A stretch of 64,000 nt of DNA from a virus: IMG/VR virus record IMGVR_UViG_3300036398_002581, positions 5,570-69,569 of that record; one strand, written 5' to 3'. Both the position numbers and the translations under genes were made by a program. How positions within the stretch are numbered: the stretch's first letter is position 1; each line of letters starts with the position of its first letter. This document shows positions 44,083-54,365 of the stretch, in pieces. Under the pieces are notes generated by a model. The model did not search any database and was not told where the DNA came from. It saw only the letters and a program-made list of their open reading frames with translations.

Positions 44083-47000
44083 TACAGCAGGACTCCGGGG
44101 TTTGCGTCCTTGAGTGTGTTCTTGATGTCCTCGAGCGCCTGAGTCTGCCTCTGTAGCTCGGCGAGGTTCACGTCCTTCGCCGGGTCGTCGCCTCGCAGAA
44201 GCCTAGTGAGTTCGCTCTGCCCCTGACTCGTCGACACGTCGGAGACGTTGAGGGCGGCGCGGGATGGGCCTTGGAGCAGGGCGTTCTGCCGTTCGTCTTG
44301 GAATGACTGAAGCATTGGAGCTACTTGCTTCATCTGGTTGGAGATAGCTTGGCGGAGGAAGTCGGTCGGGTCTTGGCCGCCATCGCGAAGCTGCTTGGCG
44401 CGGGCGTTGATGTCGGCACCTGCGCCTTCGGCGAAGTCGCGACGGAATCGCTCGCGGTCGGTCATGCCGAGATCGCGACCTCGGCCTTCGGCAGTCGCCG
44501 TGCGCGCTTCCTTCTCGCGTTCCCTGCGGAAGCGTTCCTCGGAGGCGGCCTGGGCCTCGGCGTCGCCGACTGGCCGAAGGCCGCGGTTCTCGTCGATACG
44601 CCGCTGGAAGTAAGCCTGAATATCTGCCAGCCCCCTATTGGTCTGTTCTGCAAACTTCCCTGATGGCGTCCTAGCAAGATCGAGACCGCGGGCAGCAGAC
44701 TTACGCTGCTCCTCTTCTCGCGAACTAGCGTCAAGCCCTGCCTTGTCGACTTTGTCCTGAAACTCAAGAGCCCTGGCCTCCAGCTTTGCCGAGAGCGCGG
44801 CACGCTCGCGGATAAGCTCCTCACGACCATCGCCCGCTGGCACGGCCGCGATCTTCGCGTCCATTTCGGCAAGTCGTGCGGTGCCTTCGTTGACGACTTC
44901 GGCTCGGCGAGCCGTGGCGGCCGCGAGTTCCTCGCCCGCCTGCGTGATGGCGTCCCAGAGCCCTGATCCAGCCTCTTCCGCGGCGAATCCGGCATTGAGC
45001 ATTTCGTCAAAAGTCGCATCACTTCGTTTTGCAAGCTTGTCGGCAACATCTCCACGGCCTGCACCTCGAATTGCTTCCCTGACGGCACCAAGTTGCATGC
45101 CTGTTGTGTCAATTCCCAGGTCTTTTGCGGCTTTGAATTCGTCAAGAACAGCCAGCCTGCGTGCCTTCGCGGCCTCACTCCTCTTTCTCGCCTGCTCGGC
45201 ATCGGAGGTGGCCGCCGAGTTGCTGCCGCTGACCTTCGCCTCCACTGCCGCACGCTCTTCGGCAAGTTGAGCCCTGGCCTTGTCGGCTGGTTTTCCGCCG
45301 CCCTTCAACTCTTCGTCAATCTGCCTTATCCGGTCGGCGTCTGTTTTCTGTAGCTTCTCCAATTGATCTCGCGCGACTGCGACCTCGACCTGCACTTTTT
45401 GCTCGGCCTCGCGCTGCCGTTGAAGGTCTGCCTCTGCTCGCTGGCGGGCCTCTCGCGTCTGCGGCGTGCTGTTGCCCAGATCGGCCCTGCGTGCCTCGTC
45501 GGCGGCCTGCTGCGCGGCGTTTAGATTGCTCTTTGATTCCTGCGATGCCTGATCAAGGGCGGCGGCGAATGCCTTGATCGCGATCGTCGCAGCCTCGATG
45601 GCGGCGGCTTCCGCGTTTAGTGCCTGCTCTCGCTTCTGCAAGGCTCCCTGCGCTAGAGGATTCTGGAACTCAGGCAATGTCGACTGTCGCTGGATGGTCG
45701 CCCGCTCGTTCTCAATCTCCCGCATACGACGGGCGATGCGGCCGTCCTCGAGGCCGGCGGCCCCCAGGTTGCTGCGGGCGCGGGCCATCCTCGCATCAAT
45801 CTGCCGCTGCGGATCAACAGTGCGTTCGTAGCGGAAGGCGTCGGCCTGGGCGGCGATGCGGACGCGTTCGGCGTTGAGGCCGTCGATTTCGCCTTGCGCC
45901 TGCCTGGTGCGGGCTTCCTTCTCGTCGACTGTCAGCTCCCTGCCGCTGGCGTCTTTGCCGGAAACGACCTCTCTCAGCTTCTTGTATGCTTCCGACAGCC
46001 TGCCGCCGATTTTGTCCAGCTCCGCGCCGAATACGCGGGCTCCTGGCAAGCCAGCTTCGACGGCCTTGGCAACCTCTTCCTGCGCTTGACGGATTTGCTC
46101 GGCGGGACCGCGAGAGGAGTCTGCGATCTCAACGGCGGCGTCATCGATGGCTTTTGCGAGCGGTTGCTCAAGACTTCTGAGAAGCTGCTCAAGCTTCAGT
46201 ATTTCCTTGGCTGCTACTTCCGATGTCGCAAACCCCAGCGGACTCGGCTTGGCGGCGGCGGCCTTCGCGTCTTCGATTTGCTGGTTCACGCCCGCCATCT
46301 GGGCTCGGATGTCCTCGGGCCGAGCGCCTACGGGTATCGCTTCCGCCCTGGCGGCCGCTCGCTCTCGTACTTGCTGCTCTCTTGCCCCTCTCGTTGGGTC
46401 ATCGCCACGGTTCGGGCCTAGCTCTGAGAGACCTATGCGAATCATTGACTCGCGAACCCTGACCCTTGCCTCATCCTCGGCTGGCAGTCTTGCAACGGCG
46501 GCGGCGCTTGCGTCCCGCTCGCGGCGTTGCGAATCTGCCATCTCGCGAGTTATAGCGATTCGTCTGCCGGGGTCCGTCTCCTTTTCCAACTGGCCCTTAA
46601 GCTTGTTTTGCTCGGCTCTCTCTTTTTGAACTTCTGGATCAAGGTCCGCGACTCTGCTTTTGCGAACCTCCGCTTGCTTCTTCTGGATTTCTTCGACCTG
46701 ACGAGCGAAATCAGCGGCCTGCTCACCCACGGCAGAAAGCGTTCCGCGAGACATGGATTCCCCAAGCGACTTGAACGCCTCTGCCAACTCCTCGACCAAG
46801 CTCTTCTGTCGTGCCAACGCCTCGTTGAGCGCTTTTGTCTGGTCTTCTGCCGAACGGCCGTTGTTGATCCATTTGATGAGCCCAACGGCCGCCTGCCCCG
46901 CGATGACGGCGCCGAGACCGACGAACAGTCCCGTCGTGCCTCCAAGTACGAAGCCCATCTGCGTGATGTTGTTGCTGACTGCGCGAAGCTTGAACTCAAG

Positions 47001-49943
47001 TCCGCCGGTCGACGACATGAAGTCGTCCACAGCAAAGGCAGCCTGGTTAAGAAAAAGGGCAAACTTGTCGGCCCCTGCTCGCCCAACGTCGCCGACGCTC
47101 TTGCTGAACGCCTTGCCCTGCGCCGCAGTGAGCTTACCCTCGGCGACTAGGGCTTCGCCGATCTTGGCGATCAGGCCGTCAAGCTGTTTTGTTGTGGCGG
47201 CGGTTCCAGAAACACCGGCGTTCGCGGCGGCGGCGGCAGCGGCCGAGTATGCGTTGAACGCAGCGGCCACTGGACCGCTCGCAGTCGCACCAACCTCGAG
47301 TAGCTTTGACCGGATGAAACCGAGCTGCTTCTCAGTCTTCGTGATCGCCGCTGCGTTGAGTGCTTCGCCGAGCGTGCCGCCGAACTCGGCAGCCTGACCA
47401 GCCCTGGCGAACGCTCGCTCAAGGCCGGCGGCCTTCTTTGTGACGGCATCGATCTCAGCAGCCGTGGACGATGGGGTGAGCTCCTGGAACGCATCGCGAA
47501 CTTTGTTGATCGCCGGAATGAACTGCGCCTGCATCGGCACCGGCAGCTTCTCTAGGCTGCTCTGAAGCGACATCACGGTCGACTGAAGGGAGGCGACTTG
47601 CCTCTCAGCCGTGCCGAAGTCTGCCCCCAGCGGGTTCGATGCGGCCTTCGCTGGCGTGCCGGCTACAGCAGCGGCTGCGATGGCGTTCGCCCTGCCAGCA
47701 GCGGCATCGATGTTAACTGGGATCGGCGGCGGCGCACTAGGGCGGGCCATCGCCTCGATCCGAATCTTCTCTGAGTTGAGGTCGCCCTCAAGCTTTGTCT
47801 TAAGCGCTCCAGCCGGCATCTTGGCGATCGCCGCATTCGCGGCGTCAACGGCCTTGCGAAGCCTGTCGACCGGCTCGCTCGGGTCGCCGATCCTGTCTGC
47901 AATCGAACCGAGTGAGTCCTTCAGGGAGTCGACGCTCTTCTTTGCCTCGTCAGCCTTGACCTTGATAACAAGTTCGTTTTCGGCTGCGTCGCTCAAGTCT
48001 TTGACGGCCGCCGACATGGCTGCGATGTCGGGGAGGCCGGTCTTGGCGTCCTTCGCACCGAGAGACGATATGGCAGCGTCGACCTTCGGCTGCAAAGCCT
48101 GTCTTTGACCTGCGTCAAGCTGCTCCATGCTCCCGACGATTCGCTTAATCTCAGCCTCGGCCTGCCCTGCATTCTGCACCTTCGCGGAGATGACGAAGTT
48201 CGACTCGTCCCTCAACGAGTCCATCGTGGCCTTGAGGTCGTTCAAGTCCTTCTTGGCCTGGGCGGTCTTGACGTTGAATGCCTTGTCTGTTGCCACCTTG
48301 AATGCAATCTGGTCAAGAACGTCATTAACCTTGTCCAAGTCGCCCATCAGGCGGGCCAGCGAGGCGTCCTCCAAGAGGGGCTTGTAGTTCTGACGCTGCG
48401 AGCGGTCCAGGCCGCTGATGTCGCCTTCAAGCTGGCCGCGACGGGCGTCGGCCTGCTCCATGTTCTGGGGGCGGCCAGTGATGACGAAGGCGTTTCTCTC
48501 GCGCATCGCCGCGGCCTTGGCGGTCAGTTCGTCGAAATCCTTCTTCGCCTGCTCGGTGTCGACGTGTATCTGGTATGTCCTGTCGAACTCGTCGAAAAGC
48601 ACCTCGAGCTTTGCCCGGAGCGCATCCACTTGCTTCTGCGAGCTGCTTGTGTCGAGTCCCCTCGCTGCGCGGGACTCAAGTTTCGCAAACGCAGCGACGG
48701 CTTTGTTCGCTAGACCGTCGATCTCGGTCAGCATTTCAGCGATGCGAGGATTCGCTTGAATCACCGACGAAGGAAGAGATGCAGCCCTATTGCCGACCTC
48801 TTCCCCGCGTCCAAGCGTGGCGGCAAGTTGCGGTGCCGCGAACGCAAGCTCACGACCTGTTTTTAGTCGGGCTGTCTTCTGCTCTGCCTCCGCGAGGCGG
48901 CCGACGGCCCCCGCGGCTGCCAGAGCACGTTTCTCAACCTCGTCGAACTGCTGCGCTATCGCGGTCGCGGGCAGAACGCCACTCTCTATATTCGACTTTA
49001 GCGACTCAACTTGGGCTTGGACTCGCTTGAACGCCGGCAGCAGTCCGGCCTGGGTCTCGATTGACATCGCCTGGAGCTTGCCCACCGCCTCGCCGAACGG
49101 CTTATTGATCTGCTCGGCCACAGAGCGGAGTCGCTGGCTCTGGGTGACCGCCTCTTTGACGGCGGCTTCGCCGAGAACGTCCAGCACGACGGGGAGGCGG
49201 ATTGCATCTGCACGCTCGGCCGCCTGGAGGATTCGGTCAACGTCTGCGTCCTTCTGCACGTTGACGCCGAGCGTCGTCTTGATCGACTGCCGCCCAAGCT
49301 CCTGAAGGCGTCGGACTTCCGCAGTCGCCTCGCGGTACTCGCTAGCAAGGCCGCCGACGCCGCCTTCCGGCACAGTCCCGCCGTCCCTGACGGAGGCCAC
49401 CGCGGCCTTTAGCTCCTGCACCTTTGACTTCGCATCAGCAAGCTTCCTGCCGAGACCAGAGTCGATCAGGTTTATCGCGAAATCGACTCGCTTCTCGGCC
49501 GAGAGCGCCCGAAGCTCCCTGACCTTCTCGATGCCGCCGACCTTGGCGACGATCTGGAGGTCTTTTGCACGCAGCCCAACAAGTGCTTCTCGCACCTCTG
49601 TGATGTTCTTCAGCCCGCTGGCTTTGAGAACCAGCGAAATCTGCGAGTCCTTCATTGACCCCAGCCGCTGCCGCAGGACATCCACGTCCTTGACGGCACC
49701 GGCGAAGCCCTTGAACGACAGCTTCATCGAAGCCGCGGCCTGGAGCGACCGCTCAAACTTCTGGAGCGGCGTGTAGATGCTCTCGAATGACCTCGCGGCG
49801 TCTCGCGACGCAGAAGTCAGGTTGCTCTGCACGCTGCGAGCGAAAGACTGCACGTCCTTCGCAGAGGCGTTCAGCTTGCTCTGGAAGTCGGCCGTATTCG
49901 CCGAGACAATCGCACTGATTTTGCCGAGATAGCCGCTCGCCAT
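44082..49943 (-). CDS. tape measure protein (1953 aa)
   Basis: Very long Ala-rich coiled coil with a TM segment; follows the tail chaperones. Confidence 0.9.
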   Translation of the reverse strand: MASGYLGKISAIVSANTADFQSKLNASAKDVQSFARSVQSNLTSASRDAARSFESIYTPLQKFERSLQAAASMKLSFKGFAGAVKDVDVLRQRLGSMKDSQISLVLKASGLKNITEVREALVGLRAKDLQIVAKVGGIEKVRELRALSAEKRVDFAINLIDSGLGRKLADAKSKVQELKAAVASVRDGGTVPEGGVGGLASEYREATAEVRRLQELGRQSIKTTLGVNVQKDADVDRILQAAERADAIRLPVVLDVLGEAAVKEAVTQSQRLRSVAEQINKPFGEAVGKLQAMSIETQAGLLPAFKRVQAQVESLKSNIESGVLPATAIAQQFDEVEKRALAAAGAVGRLAEAEQKTARLKTGRELAFAAPQLAATLGRGEEVGNRAASLPSSVIQANPRIAEMLTEIDGLANKAVAAFAKLESRAARGLDTSSSQKQVDALRAKLEVLFDEFDRTYQIHVDTEQAKKDFDELTAKAAAMRERNAFVITGRPQNMEQADARRGQLEGDISGLDRSQRQNYKPLLEDASLARLMGDLDKVNDVLDQIAFKVATDKAFNVKTAQAKKDLNDLKATMDSLRDESNFVISAKVQNAGQAEAEIKRIVGSMEQLDAGQRQALQPKVDAAISSLGAKDAKTGLPDIAAMSAAVKDLSDAAENELVIKVKADEAKKSVDSLKDSLGSIADRIGDPSEPVDRLRKAVDAANAAIAKMPAGALKTKLEGDLNSEKIRIEAMARPSAPPPIPVNIDAAAGRANAIAAAAVAGTPAKAASNPLGADFGTAERQVASLQSTVMSLQSSLEKLPVPMQAQFIPAINKVRDAFQELTPSSTAAEIDAVTKKAAGLERAFARAGQAAEFGGTLGEALNAAAITKTEKQLGFIRSKLLEVGATASGPVAAAFNAYSAAAAAAANAGVSGTAATTKQLDGLIAKIGEALVAEGKLTAAQGKAFSKSVGDVGRAGADKFALFLNQAAFAVDDFMSSTGGLEFKLRAVSNNITQMGFVLGGTTGLFVGLGAVIAGQAAVGLIKWINNGRSAEDQTKALNEALARQKSLVEELAEAFKSLGESMSRGTLSAVGEQAADFARQVEEIQKKQAEVRKSRVADLDPEVQKERAEQNKLKGQLEKETDPGRRIAITREMADSQRRERDASAAAVARLPAEDEARVRVRESMIRIGLSELGPNRGDDPTRGAREQQVRERAAARAEAIPVGARPEDIRAQMAGVNQQIEDAKAAAAKPSPLGFATSEVAAKEILKLEQLLRSLEQPLAKAIDDAAVEIADSSRGPAEQIRQAQEEVAKAVEAGLPGARVFGAELDKIGGRLSEAYKKLREVVSGKDASGRELTVDEKEARTRQAQGEIDGLNAERVRIAAQADAFRYERTVDPQRQIDARMARARSNLGAAGLEDGRIARRMREIENERATIQRQSTLPEFQNPLAQGALQKREQALNAEAAAIEAATIAIKAFAAALDQASQESKSNLNAAQQAADEARRADLGNSTPQTREARQRAEADLQRQREAEQKVQVEVAVARDQLEKLQKTDADRIRQIDEELKGGGKPADKARAQLAEERAAVEAKVSGSNSAATSDAEQARKRSEAAKARRLAVLDEFKAAKDLGIDTTGMQLGAVREAIRGAGRGDVADKLAKRSDATFDEMLNAGFAAEEAGSGLWDAITQAGEELAAATARRAEVVNEGTARLAEMDAKIAAVPAGDGREELIRERAALSAKLEARALEFQDKVDKAGLDASSREEEQRKSAARGLDLARTPSGKFAEQTNRGLADIQAYFQRRIDENRGLRPVGDAEAQAASEERFRREREKEARTATAEGRGRDLGMTDRERFRRDFAEGAGADINARAKQLRDGGQDPTDFLRQAISNQMKQVAPMLQSFQDERQNALLQGPSRAALNVSDVSTSQGQSELTRLLRGDDPAKDVNLAELQRQTQALEDIKNTLKDANPGVLL

Positions 49944-49947
49944 CGCC

Positions 49948-50271
49948 TTACTCCCGCTTCAGCGCGTTTAGCTTGTTCAACTCGGCCAAAATCCTCGCCT
50001 GCGAATGCTCTGGCCTGACAACAGCAGGAATGAACGCGGACTCATCAGGCAGGTCGTTTCTCTTGTAGTTGCCTGATGCTGCCATGATCACCCTGCATAT
50101 CCTCGCCGTTTGCGCCCAAGGGTCAGGCAGCGGCCACCGCTGGTCGTATGCGTACCACTCAGCGATTTCCTTACTGTCGACCTCCTTGAGCAAACGCTTG
50201 ACGCTCATGCCAAGCGTTGCCGCTAGGCGGAAGTAGAATCGTCTTTCTGGTCGGAGGGCGAACCTTCCCCC
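49948..50271 (-). CDS. tail assembly chaperone GT, -1 frameshift extension
   Basis: -1 frame reads RPERRFYFRLAATLGMSV...EW.AY after GGGGGAA. Confidence 0.8.
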   Translation of the reverse strand, partial: GGRFALRPERRFYFRLAATLGMSVKRLLKEVDSKEIAEWYAYDQRWPLPDPWAQTARICRVIMAASGNYKRNDLPDESAFIPAVVRPEHSQARILAELNKLNALKRE

Positions 50272-50594
50272 AAGGCATCAACTGCCTCCTGGGTGAAGGC
50301 GTTCAGCTTCCAGCCAGCCTCGAACAAGCGATTAATGACCACCGACGACTTCCTGCCGAGAATGTCGGCCTCTTCGTCGGAGAACAACCGCTCGCCGTCC
50401 TCGTCGCACAGGGCCAGCAGGAGGAAGCGGATGCGGAACGCCTTCATCTTCTGGTCGGCGTAGCTCTCCTCGAACCTGTCGCGGTCGGTGCCCGTCAGCA
50501 CCCGCAGGAACACGTCGCCCTTCCACTCTGGGACGTGTACCTTCTCTTTGCGAACGTCGTCAGCGGCCAGGATGCTTTTCTTATCAAGAGGCAT
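50223..50594 (-). CDS. tail assembly chaperone G
   Basis: V.VPEWKG.V.LR.LTG..RD; LCDEDGERLF. Confidence 0.85.
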   Translation of the reverse strand: MPLDKKSILAADDVRKEKVHVPEWKGDVFLRVLTGTDRDRFEESYADQKMKAFRIRFLLLALCDEDGERLFSDEEADILGRKSSVVINRLFEAGWKLNAFTQEAVDALGEGSPSDQKDDSTSA

Positions 50595-50639
50595 GAGTAA
50601 TGCTCCAAGTCTTTTTTGGTTGATGCGGCATCCTGCCGT

Positions 50640-50999
50640 CTAGCTGCCCATGTAGTCAGTAATACGGAATCGAAGCGTGCCGCGAACCGCGTCTCCGATT
50701 TGCGCCGAAGACGACGCCGACTCGCAGACAGCTCTTCGAGACACCGACAGGCCCGGCGACGAGAAAGCAAGCGGCGCGACCGCGCCTACCAGCCCCTGAG
50801 CATCACCTCCCATGTATTCCACGGTGATCACGCCGCCCGTCCAGGCTCCGGTCGGCGCGGCAATGATCATTCGCGATCCATGCGAGAGCGATGTCATGTC
50901 GACAATCTCGGCGGCAGGCGAGTCGAACGAAAGTCCCGTAACGACGCCCGAGAACGCCCCGAACGAGAATGTAGCGCCGTGAGCGGTTGCGCCTGGCAT
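50640..50999 (-). CDS. tail tube-like protein 3
   Basis: HGATFSFG...VDMTSL; all-beta. Confidence 0.6.
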   Translation of the reverse strand: MPGATAHGATFSFGAFSGVVTGLSFDSPAAEIVDMTSLSHGSRMIIAAPTGAWTGGVITVEYMGGDAQGLVGAVAPLAFSSPGLSVSRRAVCESASSSAQIGDAVRGTLRFRITDYMGS

Positions 51000-51034
51000 G
51001 AGTCACCTCTGCGACGACGCACCTCTCATGAAGC

Positions 51035-51355
51035 TCACCTCGAGAACTGAATGGTCGCCTGCGACCGAATCGGTTCGTTGAGATTGAACGTCACGCTGCT
51101 GGACACCACGGTGCCGCTGATGCCGCTTACGCCGGGGGCCGTCAGTGCGCCCGACACTCCAGCCCGAGGGCCGTAGCCGACGAACTCGACCTGGGCCTCT
51201 GCGGCATTGAAGAGCGGGGACACCTGATACTGCCGCTGCGTGTCGTCCAGCGCGGTCACGTCGATCTGGTCCCGCATGTCGCGGACGGTGACCGAAGTGG
51301 CCGTGTAGTTGGTGCTTCCAAAGGAAATCGTCGTGTTGGAAAGTGCGGCTGGCAC
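51035..51355 (-). CDS. tail tube-like protein 2
   Basis: NTTISFG...IDVTAL. Confidence 0.6.
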   Translation of the reverse strand: MPAALSNTTISFGSTNYTATSVTVRDMRDQIDVTALDDTQRQYQVSPLFNAAEAQVEFVGYGPRAGVSGALTAPGVSGISGTVVSSSVTFNLNEPIRSQATIQFSR

Positions 51356-51388
51356 TGTTGTGCTCCTTGTGTTACTGGGTAGCCAATG

Positions 51389-51724
51389 CTAGTTTGAGGC
51401 CCGAATCGTGGTTGTGTACGCAACGAGTTCGCCGACTCGGTACGCAACTTCGCTGGACATCACAGTGGCACCGGCGAACGAGATGCTTCCGGCCGTCAGG
51501 CCGCCCACCTTGTCGCCGACGCTGATGGGGTCGCCGATGTGGTTCATTGTCACCTCGGCCGCGTCCTTGAGGCCCGCAATGAACGTCCGGTACGCACCGT
51601 TCGCCAGACCGAGGTGGGACGTGTCGACGTTCGGCGCGTTCTCGCTGACAGTGACCTGCGTCACACTCGGCACGGCCGCTCCGCCGAGCGTGAGCGTGAT
51701 ACCCTGCGAAACTGCATATGCCAT
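51389..51724 (-). CDS. tail tube-like protein 1 (major tail protein candidate)
   Basis: SQGITLTLG...VDTSHLG...FIAGLKD. Confidence 0.65.
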   Translation of the reverse strand: MAYAVSQGITLTLGGAAVPSVTQVTVSENAPNVDTSHLGLANGAYRTFIAGLKDAAEVTMNHIGDPISVGDKVGGLTAGSISFAGATVMSSEVAYRVGELVAYTTTIRASN

Positions 51725-51727
51725 GAG

Positions 51728-52153
51728 CTACTCCTGTGATTCGCTCCAACGAATTTGATAAAGCTGCCGCACTTCGTAGGCCGGGGGGAGCTGTGCGCCC
51801 ACGGCGGCCGGGTCGAGGTAGTCGTCTGTTTCAGAGACGAGCCTCATATCATGTATTGTAACGCCCGCCAGAATCCCAGTGTGACCATCCAGAGTGATCC
51901 GTACCTCATCCGCTAGCTCTCTCGCCGTGTCGTAAGAGAGCCCCCACGAGGCGATCTGAAGGTTCACCACAGGTAAGAACAGCGGACCAGACAGCGACGA
52001 CTCCCTCGATATGTTGTTGCGCTTGTAGATGCAGAACGGCAGGACGGCGTTTTTCGGCACGGCGATCGGATACACCTGAAAGCCGACCAACCTCGCCACC
52101 TTCGGCGTGGTCACGAGCCTCTGGAAGACGTGTTTTTCTGGGGAGATGATCAC
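51728..52153 (-). CDS. tail terminator/completion protein (DUF3168/gp17-like)
   Basis: VYPIAVP...LP.CIY; LQI..W..SY..A..LA. Confidence 0.75.
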   Translation of the reverse strand: MIISPEKHVFQRLVTTPKVARLVGFQVYPIAVPKNAVLPFCIYKRNNISRESSLSGPLFLPVVNLQIASWGLSYDTARELADEVRITLDGHTGILAGVTIHDMRLVSETDDYLDPAAVGAQLPPAYEVRQLYQIRWSESQE

Positions 52154-52887
52154 TGAGTCAGCCTTAATAGCGTGTTTTCGATTGCCGTCTTGAGCGTGTT
52201 AAACACGGCCTCTTGCTGCTCGTCGATGGTTTTCTGCATGGCGTGAGACGCAGGCATGGCCCCATACGTCTCGCCTGGGTGTAGCGTGACTGGGTGCATC
52301 TTTCCGTTCGTATGCCCAAAGTCGTGCGGATATCCTTTCCCCATGCCGGCTTGCCGCGTGACCTCGTTTATGCTGCCCATGAGGAAGTAGTGCCCCTTCG
52401 ACATATTTGCGAACTGCTGGTCATTCGCAGACGAGTGCCTACGCATCTTCCCGTTGATCATCTGATGCACGTTGACGTAGGTGCGACGCCCTTTTGTCCC
52501 CGGTTTTCTGCGGTCGCTGCCGAACTCCACCAACCACGCTGCATTCCCAGATTCTGCGCCCTCGCGACTGCCGGACGTGCCTGACTGCCACGGGCCGACA
52601 ATGGCTACCGTCGCGGCTTCGTAAGACTTGGTCTTGATCCTGACGGACTTCTTTAAGTTGCCTGTGACGTTGCGGACTTTGGACTGGTAGCCCTTCCTGA
52701 TGTGCTCTGCCGCCTTCCTGACGGCGACCTCGAGCGCTCTGGGCTCGCCCATCTTCGCGGCGAGCGACTGCAATTCCTCGGCCAGCTCGCGAATGCCGGC
52801 TGTTTTGACCGTTACGAACCCCTCGGCTAGCGACTTCGCCGTGCTGCCGCCAAACGTCCTCGGCGATCCTTGACCCTGCGTAATCAT
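52150..52887 (-). CDS. HK97 gp10-like neck protein
   Basis: TGNLKKS; AWLVEFG. Confidence 0.75.
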   Translation of the reverse strand: MITQGQGSPRTFGGSTAKSLAEGFVTVKTAGIRELAEELQSLAAKMGEPRALEVAVRKAAEHIRKGYQSKVRNVTGNLKKSVRIKTKSYEAATVAIVGPWQSGTSGSREGAESGNAAWLVEFGSDRRKPGTKGRRTYVNVHQMINGKMRRHSSANDQQFANMSKGHYFLMGSINEVTRQAGMGKGYPHDFGHTNGKMHPVTLHPGETYGAMPASHAMQKTIDEQQEAVFNTLKTAIENTLLRLTQ

Positions 52888-53204
52888 GTCGCGGCCTCCC
52901 TCGCTAGTATCTCGTGGATCGAGCGGTTCTCCCGCTCAAGGACACTGGAAATCTCCATCACGCGGCCTCGCCAGAGCAGGCGATGCTGGTGAGTGAGGCT
53001 GGGGAAGAACCGAATGCGAATGCGGTGAGTGACCAGAGCGCCTGCCTGCTGGGCGGCGAAGTAGTCGCTGGCCCTGACGCCCATGATGCTGGCGTAGACC
53101 GTGGACTCGTCCACCCAGGTCAGCGTCGTCTCGCCGAACGAACTCTGCTGCTCGACCGGCTTCTGGATCGTCACCTGCTCACGCATGCTGCCGGAGTTGA
53201 TCAT
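52884..53204 (-). CDS. head closure/head-tail adaptor (SPP1 gp16-like)
   Basis: G.MREQVTIQ; THRIRIRF; GRV.EI. Confidence 0.85.
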   Translation of the reverse strand: MINSGSMREQVTIQKPVEQQSSFGETTLTWVDESTVYASIMGVRASDYFAAQQAGALVTHRIRIRFFPSLTHQHRLLWRGRVMEISSVLERENRSIHEILAREAAT

Positions 53205-53205
53205 T

Positions 53206-53535
53206 TCAGCCCATCCAGAGAGCGGTATAGGAACCCGACCCAGAGGGAGCCGACACTGTGATCGTCGTCGTCACCGGCAGAACCGCCACGCGGCCCGCAG
53301 CCACGTTAATGGCACCTGCCAGCCGCAGTACGCTTGAGCCCGTATTCTTGACCACCAGCGTCGACAAAGGCGTCGCCCCGACGATCTGCACAGCGGCTGT
53401 GCCGACGCTCCCATTGATCGTCTGGGCCGTCGTCAGCGACGGGGCGATGTGTTCCGAGATCACGCCGACCGTCAGCGATGAGTCGCCTGCGTCGTGGTAG
53501 ACGGCGTCAACGTCGATCCTAGCTCGTACAGTCAT
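53206..53535 (-). CDS. hypothetical virion protein
   Basis: Beta-rich ORF in the neck region. Confidence 0.55.
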   Translation of the reverse strand: MTVRARIDVDAVYHDAGDSSLTVGVISEHIAPSLTTAQTINGSVGTAAVQIVGATPLSTLVVKNTGSSVLRLAGAINVAAGRVAVLPVTTTITVSAPSGSGSYTALWMG

Positions 53536-54173
53536 CGATATACCCCCATGCTGGCCGCGGCCAGGAGCGTTTCAAACGTCTGTGGCACCGAGACGGGTGC
53601 CCCGGTGACCGCCGGCTGGCGAGTGTCGTACCAGTGGGCAACAAGCAGGCAGATGAGGTGCTTCACGATGGGAGGCGCACTCTGCCCGTCGTCGCCGTAG
53701 CCCGCCGAATACCGAACGACCACCGAGTTCTCGTCACCTCGAGTCGACGGCCACGAGCGAGCCCATTGCGGGTAAACCCGCCCAGGCATCACGCTCGCAT
53801 CAACCTGAAAGTCGCCGTTTGCGCTCGAGATCGTGCCGAAAGTTCCGTCGCCGTTCCGATAGGTGACTGTGACCGCCGCATCTCGCATCGGGAGTCTGGG
53901 CAGAACAATCGCCCACACGGGGAAAAGGTCGTACTTCGCCTCCCACACCGTCGTGCAGATCGTGATGTCCAGCACGTCCTCGACGTACTGCCGCGCCACC
54001 GCGATCAAGCCTTGGATGTAGAGATCGTCGACCTCAGTGTCCACGCGGCAGTGCTGCTTCGCCGTCGACAGGCTGACCGGCTCCACGGCCGGGTTTGTGA
54101 CGCGCCGCAGACTGCGATACGGCGTAATCGTCGCTGTCGGCCTCTGCGGCGTACCGAAGACAATCGTGTCCAT
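53532..54173 (-). CDS. head-tail connector (HK97 gp6/phiE125 gp8-like)
   Basis: EPVSL..AK.H.RVD; Y.AGYG; LVAHWY..R. Confidence 0.88.
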   Translation of the reverse strand: MDTIVFGTPQRPTATITPYRSLRRVTNPAVEPVSLSTAKQHCRVDTEVDDLYIQGLIAVARQYVEDVLDITICTTVWEAKYDLFPVWAIVLPRLPMRDAAVTVTYRNGDGTFGTISSANGDFQVDASVMPGRVYPQWARSWPSTRGDENSVVVRYSAGYGDDGQSAPPIVKHLICLLVAHWYDTRQPAVTGAPVSVPQTFETLLAAASMGVYR

Positions 54174-54365
54174 TTACCGCCTCTTCTTCGGTGTGTGCTT
54201 CACGGCCACTTCAGCCCGCTCAATGGTCTCGGGAACCAACTCGGCAGTCTCGGCCTCCTCGATCAGCCCGCGGCGGATGAGGATGTCGCACATGCCAGCG
54301 GCCCAGTCCTCGAAGACTTGGCCTTTCTCGTAGCAGTCGAAGTTCTGGAGGATGCGAATCTTCAA
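54174..54365 (-). CDS. small hypothetical head-module protein
   Basis: TTG start; LIRRGLIE. Confidence 0.5.
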   Translation of the reverse strand: MKIRILQNFDCYEKGQVFEDWAAGMCDILIRRGLIEEAETAELVPETIERAEVAVKHTPKKRR

